This document shows positions 39,861 to 48,112 of a stretch of 64,000 nucleotides of DNA, piece after piece. Positions within the stretch are counted from its first letter, which is position 1; every line of letters starts with the position of its first letter. Below the pieces are notes generated by a model. That model was not told the DNA's origin. It did not search any database and saw only the letters and a program-made list of their open reading frames with translations. The position numbers and the translations under genes were made by a program. Location: positions 295-64,294 of the forward strand of contig JAGVXO010000007.1 of assembly GCA_018303755.1 (NCBI GenBank), given 5' to 3'. The DNA is from Candidatus Pacearchaeota archaeon. Lineage in GTDB: Archaea > Nanobdellota > Nanobdellia > Pacearchaeales > GW2011-AR1.

Positions 39861-40838
39861 TCACTTCGCCTTCGGCATGTTTTCTATTATCGTCACTAAG
39901 ATTGTAAGTATTAACGGGCCTATTATTAGTCCAATTATTCCAAAGAGTTTTATTCCTCCAATTATTCCAAACAGCATTATTGCAGGATGTGTTCCTGTTT
40001 TCTTGCTTAGTATTCTCGCGCGAAGAAGGTTGTCAATAAATAAGCTTAGAGTTATGCCCAATCCAATTATTCCTGCAGCTGCGAAATATTGTCCATAAAT
40101 TATTTTAATTATTGCAAGAGGAACCCAGATAATTGCAGGTCCGAGCGCAGGAATAAATGCGAGTATTCCTATTGCAAATGCAAGCACAAGATAAGCATCA
40201 ATTCCAAGAAGCTTGAAAACAACTGCACTTAGGATTATTTCTATTAATGCAATAAGGCATGTCCCCATTATTATATTCGATACCCTTTTCTTTATTTTAT
40301 CAACAATTTCTACTTTATTTTTAAATGGCAGTATATTGATAATTGCCTTTTCTATTTTATCCCAGTCAATTAAAAGATAATATGCAGTGAAAATTATTAT
40401 GAACAAATGAAGGATAAAAGAGGGAATGTAGCTTATTGTTTGAGGTATCAGGCTTATGAAATATTCCCCTATTCTAGAGATTATTGCTTCAAGATTATTA
40501 TTTATCAAAGGAATTTTGCTGATTTTTGATAGGCCTTCAAGTATAGCAGAGATATTGACAGGATTTAGGAATTTTGATAGCTGATTAATAAATGCTCCTG
40601 CAAAGGCGACGATAAATCCAATAATTATGGCTATTGCAAGGGAAATTATTGAAAATGCAGATATTCTTTTAGGTATTTTTTTAGAAAGTTTATCATGAAA
40701 GGGTTTAAGTGCATAGGCGAGAATTGCTCCAGTAATAATTGCAATAAGCATTTCATTAAGTATAAGATAAGAAAGTATAATCACTCCTGCAATTATACTC
40801 CAGAAGACATATTTTTTTGTCTGTTCGCTTTTCTCCAT
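39861..40838 (-). CDS. AI-2E family transporter (PerM/UPF0118)
   Basis: 8-TM architecture and sequence pattern (ITGAILAYALKPF...) typical of the AI-2E family. Confidence 0.55.
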   Translation of the reverse strand: MEKSEQTKKYVFWSIIAGVIILSYLILNEMLIAIITGAILAYALKPFHDKLSKKIPKRISAFSIISLAIAIIIGFIVAFAGAFINQLSKFLNPVNISAILEGLSKISKIPLINNNLEAIISRIGEYFISLIPQTISYIPSFILHLFIIIFTAYYLLIDWDKIEKAIINILPFKNKVEIVDKIKKRVSNIIMGTCLIALIEIILSAVVFKLLGIDAYLVLAFAIGILAFIPALGPAIIWVPLAIIKIIYGQYFAAAGIIGLGITLSLFIDNLLRARILSKKTGTHPAIMLFGIIGGIKLFGIIGLIIGPLILTILVTIIENMPKAK

Positions 40839-40899
40839 TTCTGCCTCTTTATAATTCTAATTTAAAAACATTAATAAAGCTTTTTGTTTAGGTTATAAT

Positions 40900-41763
40900 A
40901 TGGATATGTTTTTGGCAGTGCTTGGAATTGTGTGGATAGCTGCTGCAGTGATTCAGGACTTGAAATCACGCGAAGTTGCAAACTGGATAAATTTCAGCTT
41001 AGTTATTTTTGCACTTGCATACAGGTCATTTTACTGGATTTTTTCAGGAGAGCAGATGTTTTTTTTGTCTGGAATTTTAGGACTTGCAATTTTTTTTATA
41101 GTAGCACATCTCTTTTATTATCTTCGGCTTTTTGCAGGAGGAGATGCAAAATTGCTGATTGCGCTTGGGGCAATTCTTCCCACAGCAGGAGGATATTATG
41201 AAAATGCGCTGATAATGCTGTTTTTTATTCTTGTGCTTCTTGCAGGAGGGGGGGTATATTCGTTCTGTTACAGCATTCTTCTTTCTTTTATTTCGTGGAA
41301 TAAATTTTTAAAAGAATTCAAGGTTCAGGTAAGAAAGAATGCATTTTATTTGGTGATTGCTGCGATTGTTTCTGCAGTTCTTGCAACTTTTTCTATGTTT
41401 AGCGGAGATTTTGTTTCTGCTCTTGCCTCTGTTTTAATAATTCTTATTTCTGCACTTTATGTTTATGTAAAAGCAGTTGAAAGTGCGTGCCTTATTTATG
41501 AAGTTTCTCCTGATAAACTTTCTGAAGGTGATTGGCTGGCATCTGAATTGATTGTTAAAGGAAGAAAAATAAACCCTTTCTGGGAAGGAATTAGTCAAGA
41601 AGAAATAGAGTTTATTAAAAAGAATTATAAAAGCAAGGTAAAGATAAAAGGAGGAGTTCCATTTACTCCTGCATTTTTGATTGCATTTATTGCAGTTCTT
41701 TATGTAAGTTATTTTGTTGGTTTTGATTTTATGCTTGAAAGGCTGATGAGGTTTATTGCATAA
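40900..41763 (+). CDS. prepilin/prearchaellin peptidase (A24 family, PibD/FlaK-like)
   Basis: first catalytic Asp in TM1 context (AAVIQDLKSREVANWIN) and second in the AGGDAKLLIALG (GxGD-like) motif; polytopic. Confidence 0.65.
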   Translation: MDMFLAVLGIVWIAAAVIQDLKSREVANWINFSLVIFALAYRSFYWIFSGEQMFFLSGILGLAIFFIVAHLFYYLRLFAGGDAKLLIALGAILPTAGGYYENALIMLFFILVLLAGGGVYSFCYSILLSFISWNKFLKEFKVQVRKNAFYLVIAAIVSAVLATFSMFSGDFVSALASVLIILISALYVYVKAVESACLIYEVSPDKLSEGDWLASELIVKGRKINPFWEGISQEEIEFIKKNYKSKVKIKGGVPFTPAFLIAFIAVLYVSYFVGFDFMLERLMRFIA

Positions 41764-41799
41764 ATGCCCGCTCTGCTCATTCATCATTATTATTTCTTA

Positions 41800-41960
41800 A
41801 ATTTTACTCCATGAGAACATTGGGTATTCATATATTTTAATTCATATTAAAAATAAAGAGGATATAAAAGATAAACACCAATGAACAAACTTAAAATTAG
41901 GGAAAAGAATGGAGTGATAGCAAAATGTTGTTCATTTGCCTATGGCAGAAAGCAATAAGT
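41800..41960 (-). repeat. composite intergenic repeat R1 (minus orientation, partial)
   Basis: reverse complement: attttgctatcactccattcttttccctaattttaagtttgttcattggtgtttatcttt. Confidence 0.55.
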
Positions 41961-41989
41961 TTATAAATAGTCCGTACTAAGTACATACT

Positions 41990-42745
41990 ATGAAATTCGT
42001 GCATAAAGTGTCAAAAGGAAGCAGGTTTAATCAGATATACATTCCAAAAGAATTTGAAAATCATTTTGAAGTCGGAGATTTGGTGCAGGTGGAATTGCTG
42101 GAAAAAAATACAAAACTTTATTATTCTAAAAAAATAGAATTAAGTAGTTTTAAAAAAAGAATTATCCAAGAAATATTCAGTTGCCTTAACAACTTAAAAT
42201 CTATAAGCCAGATATTTGTTTTTGGCTCTTTTATTACAAAAAAAGCAGATTATAATGACATTGATCTTATAATCATTTCCGACATAATAACTGAAAAACA
42301 GGTTTATACCCTGCTATTGGAAAAATTAGAATTGAAATTCCACATTTTAATGATTCCAGAATCTAAATTAAAAGAACTTGAAAAAATATGTCCTTTGACA
42401 AGAAGTATGCTGTATTACAGCATTTCAAACAAGCCATTTTTCCTGGAAAAAGAGAGGGTTATTGACAAAAACCACATAAATTTTCTTTTAATGATGCCAG
42501 AAGATATACTTAAACTTAATGTAGATGGAAAAACAATTTACAATGCTCTAAGAAGATTAGAAACAATAGAGAATTTTCTTAATAACAAAGAAGAAAATCC
42601 TAGAAAAATAGAAAAAGATGTAGAAAAATTAATAGGAGAGAAAATATCATGCAAATTAAAAGAAAACACTCCTCTTGCACAAGAAGAAACAAAAAGATTA
42701 AATGAGATTATCAAATCCAAATTAGTAAAAATCAGGAAAAAATAA
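41990..42745 (+). CDS. nucleotidyltransferase (Pol-beta superfamily)
   Basis: IFVFGSFITKKADYNDIDLIIIS = GSx9-11 DxD motif. Confidence 0.55.
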   Translation: MKFVHKVSKGSRFNQIYIPKEFENHFEVGDLVQVELLEKNTKLYYSKKIELSSFKKRIIQEIFSCLNNLKSISQIFVFGSFITKKADYNDIDLIIISDIITEKQVYTLLLEKLELKFHILMIPESKLKELEKICPLTRSMLYYSISNKPFFLEKERVIDKNHINFLLMMPEDILKLNVDGKTIYNALRRLETIENFLNNKEENPRKIEKDVEKLIGEKISCKLKENTPLAQEETKRLNEIIKSKLVKIRKK

Positions 42746-42746
42746 A

Positions 42747-43061
42747 ATGAGCAAAAAAGACAAAATCAGCGAACTGACAAATATACTTTCAAAAGCATTG
42801 AGGCATAGAATTGGAAGCATAGTAAATGAACATGAAATTTACGCAGAAAGATATTCTAAAGATTCAGATACTCTGATAAAATCCGCCCAAGATATCTCTT
42901 TAGGAGAAAACTGGAGCATCTATGACAAGGCAGAAATAAAAACACTATTAAAGAAAAAACTCCAAAAAGAACTTGAAGAAAAAGAATTCATAAATGAAAA
43001 AAAGTTTAAGATTTTAGACAAAGAACTGGAAAAAGTGCTTCTCTTCTTAGAACTAAATTAA
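42747..43061 (+). CDS. small helical protein, downstream partner of NTase (possible HEPN-like)
   Basis: start 2 nt after the NTase stop; weak R-x7-H segment (RHRIGSIVNEH). Confidence 0.3.
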   Translation: MSKKDKISELTNILSKALRHRIGSIVNEHEIYAERYSKDSDTLIKSAQDISLGENWSIYDKAEIKTLLKKKLQKELEEKEFINEKKFKILDKELEKVLLFLELN

Positions 43062-43062
43062 T

Positions 43063-43341
43063 TTATTTTCCGGTTCTTCTAAATCCTACAACCTTCTTTC
43101 CCTGATAAATCGGAAGTTCAACAAGTTTTCCTCCTGAACTTCTTAAAGCACTCACGCCGAAAATTACAAAGGCAACTCCAATAACAATAAAATATACTCC
43201 ATGAATATTCATCAAAGGCAAAAATGCTGAAACTGCTTCTTTAATAGGCGCAACACTTAAAGCCATAAAAAATATTCCAATTGCACTTAAAAAATAACCT
43301 AATGTTCTTGACATTTTCACCTCAATACTAAATAATCGCAA
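43063..43341 (-). CDS. small 2-3 TM membrane protein
   Basis: hydrophobic helices. Confidence 0.3.
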   Translation of the reverse strand: MRLFSIEVKMSRTLGYFLSAIGIFFMALSVAPIKEAVSAFLPLMNIHGVYFIVIGVAFVIFGVSALRSSGGKLVELPIYQGKKVVGFRRTGK

Positions 43342-43348
43342 TTAGAAT

Positions 43349-43552
43349 TTATAAATCTTGTCCCATCTTCATCTCTTTAATTTTCAGAAGAGTTTGCCTG
43401 CCTTTTTCTGTTTTCATAAGTTCAGAATAAAATCTCCGTGCCATTATAATTTGCGCATCTAAAAATGGCTTTAATTTGCTCTTCCATTTTTCAGGATTTT
43501 CTCTGATATAATTTGCCCATCTTTCAATTTGTTCTGAATGTTCCTCACGCAT
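43349..43552 (-). CDS. small helical protein, downstream partner of NTase N3
   Basis: abuts the stop of 43554..44120. Confidence 0.25.
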   Translation of the reverse strand: MREEHSEQIERWANYIRENPEKWKSKLKPFLDAQIIMARRFYSELMKTEKGRQTLLKIKEMKMGQDL

Positions 43553-43553
43553 T

Positions 43554-44120
43554 TTATCTCCTCATTTTAATCATTTTTATTTTATCTTTTATTTTTTCTA
43601 TTTCTTCTAAATTAAGCTTGTCTTTATAAATAATTCTTAAATGCTTTGCATCTTCCATATCCTTATCTGATTTTAAATACTCTTCTTTAAAGGCAATATT
43701 CATTTCAATAGACGAAAAATAAACATTCAACCCTGTAAAAGGCAGTTTAACCCGAGTTTTAATCTGGTAGTCATCTAATTCATCTTTTACAAACTTAATT
43801 TCCATTTCAGGAAGGAATTCTCCTTTTTTTGTATACCTCACACTGGTTTTATGCAACAAATAATCCATGTAGATAATTTGAGGATTTTCAGACTGCATGC
43901 ATTCAAATCCATGTTCTATCAAATCATTATGCAACTCCTCAAATCTTTTTTCATCAATTTTTTCAATAATCATGTCTATATCTTCTGTTCCTCTGCTTCT
44001 TCCATGCGCAATTGCAACAAAACCAGACACAATGATATACCTGCAGTGCTTTTCTACAATTTTTGTAAAATCTTCTGCAAATTCCTCTAAAATCGTTCTG
44101 TCTTTGATTCCTCTCTCCAT
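43554..44120 (-). CDS. nucleotidyltransferase, paralog N3
   Basis: IIVSGFVAIAHGRSRGTEDIDMIIE NTase motif; architecture shared with 23625 and 28490. Confidence 0.5.
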   Translation of the reverse strand: MERGIKDRTILEEFAEDFTKIVEKHCRYIIVSGFVAIAHGRSRGTEDIDMIIEKIDEKRFEELHNDLIEHGFECMQSENPQIIYMDYLLHKTSVRYTKKGEFLPEMEIKFVKDELDDYQIKTRVKLPFTGLNVYFSSIEMNIAFKEEYLKSDKDMEDAKHLRIIYKDKLNLEEIEKIKDKIKMIKMRR

Positions 44121-44179
44121 TATACGGTATATCTCCAGGACTATATAATAATTTCTATAAACTCAAGCATCCTTAATAT

Positions 44180-44350
44180 GACTGATATCAGTTTTCTTCT
44201 TTAAACACTCGTAACTTTCTCACATTCATTATCTTTTCAAGGGTTTTCTTTTTTGATTGAATTTGTTTAATGTTAAATTAAAACATATAAAACCAATCTG
44301 CCCACAACGCCAGATTTCAAAAATAATAAAACAGGTACGAAGCGCACAAA
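44180..44350 (+). repeat. composite intergenic repeat R1
   Basis: tttaaacactcgtaactttctcacattcattatcttttcaa...aaccaatctgcccacaacgccagatttcaaaaataataaaacaggtacgaagcgcac. Confidence 0.6.
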
Positions 44351-44382
44351 AGTATTAAATACTCCAAAAACGGGAAATATCA

Positions 44383-45015
44383 ATGAGCAGTTTAAGAAAA
44401 GAACAGCTGAAACAGGCAAGAGAAGCGCTTTTAAAGCAGATTGAAAGCTGGAAAGGAGATCAGGAAGGCGCAAGAGAGCAGATTAATTCTTTATCAGATG
44501 AAGAGCTTGAAAGCTTTTTGATTAAAAATAAGATTATAAAACTGCCTTATGGCGAATCTGAAAATTCTGCAGAATCAAAAAGTCCGTTCAGAATGATTGT
44601 AGAAGGAAAAATTAAGAGTTATAAAATTTCAGAAAATGACAGTGCACTTGCAGTTCTTGAAATAAATCCTGTTTCAAAAGGGCACACAATTATAATTCAA
44701 AAATCGCCGTCTGAAGAAATCTTAGAGGGAACAGAAACTCTTGTAAAAGAAACTGCAGACAAATTAAAATACACGCTAAACTGCAGAAGAGTTGATGTTG
44801 CAGTTCAGGATGTTCTGGGAGAAAGAATAATTAATTTAATTCCAGTTCATAATGAAGAAAATATAAACTCAGAAAGAAAAAAAGCAAGTGATAACGAACT
44901 TAAAGACGTGCAAAAACAAATTCTGGAGAAAAAAGCTGAGGAAAAAACAGAGAAAAAATCTGAAAAAGAAATTCCAATAGAAAAGCTTCCAAAAGCGCCG
45001 AGGAGGATTCCTTAA
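44383..45015 (+). CDS. HIT-like protein (degenerate histidine triad) with Lys/Glu-rich tail
   Basis: SALAVLEINPVSKGHTIIIQK resembles the HIT N-terminal block; the canonical HxHxHxx triad is not intact (NLIPVHNEE). Confidence 0.35.
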   Translation: MSSLRKEQLKQAREALLKQIESWKGDQEGAREQINSLSDEELESFLIKNKIIKLPYGESENSAESKSPFRMIVEGKIKSYKISENDSALAVLEINPVSKGHTIIIQKSPSEEILEGTETLVKETADKLKYTLNCRRVDVAVQDVLGERIINLIPVHNEENINSERKKASDNELKDVQKQILEKKAEEKTEKKSEKEIPIEKLPKAPRRIP

Positions 45016-45016
45016 T

Positions 45017-45140
45017 ACTCGTGAAAAATCTCCAATCTTTAGATTGGAGTTAAAATGTATAGATTTTTCCCGGTTATCCCAAAACCCAAGCACAAACCCC
45101 ACACTTTAGTGTGGAGTATACTCAAAGGGTTTTGTGATTT
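45017..45140 (+). repeat. repeat D (double-hairpin element), copy 2
   Basis: perfect 9-bp stem ctccaatct-tt-agattggag (45030-45049) and ccccacact-tt-agtgtggag (45097-45116). Confidence 0.8.
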
Positions 45141-45333
45141 TATACAAAGCTCTGTAATCTCCAATTCGATAACGAAATATTTTATCAGAGTTTTCCCTGC
45201 CAATAAATTTTGCATCACTTGGTATAGGTTCTTGTTTCAACCTTTCAATTCTTTTGATTATCCTTTCAGTTACATGCAAATCAAGATTTTTTAAGAATTT
45301 TTTTGGTTGAGCTGCGAATTCAATAGAAAACAT
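45106..45333 (-). CDS. RelE/ParE-family toxin (apparently orphan)
   Basis: ...DKIFRYRIGDYRALYKI... matches the RelE/ParE core; no antitoxin ORF upstream; 3' end overlaps repeat D. Confidence 0.55.
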   Translation of the reverse strand: MFSIEFAAQPKKFLKNLDLHVTERIIKRIERLKQEPIPSDAKFIGRENSDKIFRYRIGDYRALYKITKPFEYTPH

Positions 45334-45443
45334 TTTAAATACTTAACTCTTTTTTTAAACATTCAATAGATGTATAGCATAAGACATTAATTATTCCCCA
45401 AGATTTATATACCCCTTATCTTTGTTTATTGGGAGGTAAAAAT

Positions 45444-46437
45444 ATGAACAATAAACAAATAGAATTTCTTAAGAAAGCTTATAAAAAAGAAAGAGATGCA
45501 AAAATAATAAAGAGAATTCTTATGATAATTTACACACTTCAAAAAGAAACTTTAAGAGAGATAGGTGAAAGACTTCATTGTGACCATAAACTTGTACTTT
45601 ATTGGAAAAGGAGATATGAAAAAGAAGGCTTAGAAGGTCTTAAAACAAGACCCAAAAGTGGAAAGCCGAGAAAGATTTCACGACGACAAGAAGCAAATTT
45701 AAAAAGAATCTTTTCTAAAGAAAATCCAGATAAACCTTGGACAACAAAAAGAGCTTTAGTATTAATTGCAGAAAAAACAGGTGTAGATTATTCACAACGT
45801 CAGACAACGAGAATTTTAAATCGCTGGAATTTTGGTCTCTCTACGGGTAGACCAATTTATTGGCATAAAGCTTCAGAGGAAGAAATAGCAAAATTCGGAA
45901 AAAAAAATTTGGTATTACAAAGATAAATATCCAAATCATCCATTATTTTGTGAAGATGAATCAACATTCCTTTATGATTCAATTTCCAGGAAAGTTTGGG
46001 TAGTAAAAGGCAGAGAATATAGACGATTAGTGACAGGTTCTCATAAGAAAGTACATGCATATGGCTTTCTTTCTGAAAATGGTAAAAAGATGTTTACATT
46101 AAGAAAAAACATGAATGCTGAAGAATTTGTTAAAGTTTTATCTAAATTCTTACACAAATTCAAAAGAGCAATACTAATTTTGGATAAGGCTCCTTGGCAT
46201 AAAAAGTCAAAGAAAGTTCAAAAATATTTGAAGGAACATCGACGAGAATTAAAGATAATTTGGTTTCCATCCGGATGCCCTGAAATGAATCCTGTTGAAG
46301 AATGTTGGAGACAAGCCAAAGGAGAAGTTAATGGTGGTAGAATTCATGAAAGTTTTGAAAGGATGGTGAAAGAACTAAGATATTTTATGAAATATACTGA
46401 ATTCAGGCAGAATATGGGGAAATACTTACGTCCTTAG
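45444..46437 (+). mobile_element. IS630/Tc1-mariner family transposase, split into two frames at an A9 tract
   Basis: ORF1 (HTH/CENP-B-like, ends 45926) and +1-frame ORF2 (reading back to 45898: KIWYYKDKYPNHPLFCEDESTF...; DDE with ...WFPSGCPEMNPVEECW) joined at ggAAAAAAAAAttt (45899-45907). Confidence 0.7.
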
Positions 46438-46520
46438 CCATAGCTTCTAAAATTTCTTTTATTTTTCCTGTTAGATATTTTTTATCATACTTGCTCTGTA
46501 TATATTCACTTACAAGTTCA

Positions 46521-46925
46521 TTAGTTAAGTTTTGTGTGCTTTGCATTATTAATAATCTCTATAATGTCTTTTTCCACTTCTTCAGCTTCCTCTTGACTTA
46601 CTTCTGGAAAAAACTGGGAAATCATTGTTGGTCTCATGCCAACAATTTTTACCTTACCATTTTCTTCCAAAACATTAATTTTGCATGGCATGCATAGAGA
46701 AATAAGCTTGTTCTTGTTCAAAAATTGGTTTGCATATTTTCCTGAACAAATTTCAATTATTTTTAGTGGTTTTTGACCAAATCCTTTTGCAGCCAATCTT
46801 TCTTTCATATCATAAATCTGAAATATTGTCCAATTTTTCTGCTCAACTACTTTCAGCACCGAAACAACTGCTTCATCGAAACTTTTTTCAGTCTCAACAA
46901 TATATGCAAAATTTTCTATTTTCAT
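46521..46925 (-). CDS. DUF302 domain protein
   Basis: ...KGFGQKPLKIIEICSGKYANQFL... matches the DUF302 core; last gene of a 4-gene operon with ATGA overlaps. Confidence 0.45.
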   Translation of the reverse strand: MKIENFAYIVETEKSFDEAVVSVLKVVEQKNWTIFQIYDMKERLAAKGFGQKPLKIIEICSGKYANQFLNKNKLISLCMPCKINVLEENGKVKIVGMRPTMISQFFPEVSQEEAEEVEKDIIEIINNAKHTKLN

Positions 46926-47158
46926 TTTTTACCTTCTTGTAACTGTTTAACTAACCATAGAATAAATAAAACTAAGGCTACTAAAATTAGAGTCATAAAT
47001 AAAAACCCAAAAATCCACATACCTCCAAAACCAAATCCCCAATTTCCCATCATGCCATAACTTCCACCAATCATTCCACCAAAACCAAACATTCCCAAGA
47101 GTAAGAATACAATTACAGCAATTATTATTCCAATGATTAAATTATTATTGTCTTTCAT
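46922..47158 (-). CDS. small Gly/Met-rich membrane protein
   Basis: GMFGFGGMIGGSYGMMGNWGFGFGGMW flanked by two TM helices. Confidence 0.3.
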   Translation of the reverse strand: MKDNNNLIIGIIIAVIVFLLLGMFGFGGMIGGSYGMMGNWGFGFGGMWIFGFLFMTLILVALVLFILWLVKQLQEGKK

Positions 47159-47727
47159 TTTGTTTTCTCCATTATGATGCCATAGTGATATGGTTTTAAA
47201 TCATATTTTTTTAGACTACTAAATCCAGCAAATTCTGCCCACTTAATGCATTGTTCAGGTTTTGGTCTCATTTCCATTGGAGGACCTCTTGGAGTTGTTG
47301 AATCATAGTTCCAGTGAATAATTCCAAGTTTCCCATTTATTTTCAAAATCCTATAAGCTTCTTTTAATAATTTTTCTGGATTTTTTGTGGTATACAATAT
47401 ATTGAAAAGAAAGACATAATCGACAATTTCATTTTCAAGACCAGAGCCTTCAGCCATAAAGTCACGAAGCCTTGCTTCTACATTATCCAGCCCGTTTTCT
47501 TTTGCTTTTCTTTTTACATTCTCTATCATTTCGGGCTCTATATCAATAGCATAAACTTTTCCTCTTATTATCTTGGCTGCAGGTATTGTGAAAGTTCCAT
47601 AACCACATCCTAAATCTGCCACACCCACTACACTGTTGCTTAAACCCAGAGTTTGAAGTATTTTATTGGGCTCAAAAAATCTACCCCACATCTCTTCTTC
47701 AGGCATGCCACTTTCTTTAAGTTTCAT
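47155..47727 (-). CDS. class I SAM-dependent methyltransferase
   Basis: motif I VADLGCGYGTF, post-I acidic residue (YAIDIEPEM), motif II/III present. Confidence 0.65.
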   Translation of the reverse strand: MKLKESGMPEEEMWGRFFEPNKILQTLGLSNSVVGVADLGCGYGTFTIPAAKIIRGKVYAIDIEPEMIENVKRKAKENGLDNVEARLRDFMAEGSGLENEIVDYVFLFNILYTTKNPEKLLKEAYRILKINGKLGIIHWNYDSTTPRGPPMEMRPKPEQCIKWAEFAGFSSLKKYDLKPYHYGIIMEKTK

Positions 47728-48050
47728 GCTTTCACCCCCACTAATATTTTTCTATTTTTTTCTAATCTTTCTGTCAAAACTTCTTTAATAATATCAAACG
47801 CCTTGAATATCTTTGGATTTGATAATTTATAATAAATCATTTTACCATCTCTTTTAGAGACAACAATACCTTTAGATTTCATTATTGACAAATGCTGGGA
47901 AATATTCGCTTGGCTTAATTTAGACATATTGATTAGTTCTGTAACAGACATTTCCTTATCTCTAAGAAGATTTAGAATTTCTAACCTTATTGGATTAGAG
48001 AACACCTTACACATTTCTGCATGTAGATTATAGATCTCTTTCATTAACAT
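47724..48050 (-). CDS. ArsR/SmtB family transcriptional regulator
   Basis: HTH region MSVTELINMSKLSQANISQHLSIMKSKGIV; 108 aa. Confidence 0.7.
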   Translation of the reverse strand: MLMKEIYNLHAEMCKVFSNPIRLEILNLLRDKEMSVTELINMSKLSQANISQHLSIMKSKGIVVSKRDGKMIYYKLSNPKIFKAFDIIKEVLTERLEKNRKILVGVKA

Positions 48051-48112
48051 ATTAGAATATTCTAATATATAAACTTTATGCTTCGGCTTTTTAATGCCTC
48101 ACCTCTTTTCTA

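Noticed and set aside
41434-41787. Minus-strand 117-aa ORF overlapping the prepilin peptidase
   Set aside because: It is completely overlapped by a gene with strong catalytic motifs on the other strand. Its Lys/Asn-rich composition is typical of an antisense artefact.
45330-46520. Terminal inverted repeats and TA duplication of the IS630 element
   Set aside because: Candidate ends (about 45395-45415 and about 46470-46500) show only about 55% inverted similarity. The boundaries are therefore not called, and only the transposase coding extent is reported.
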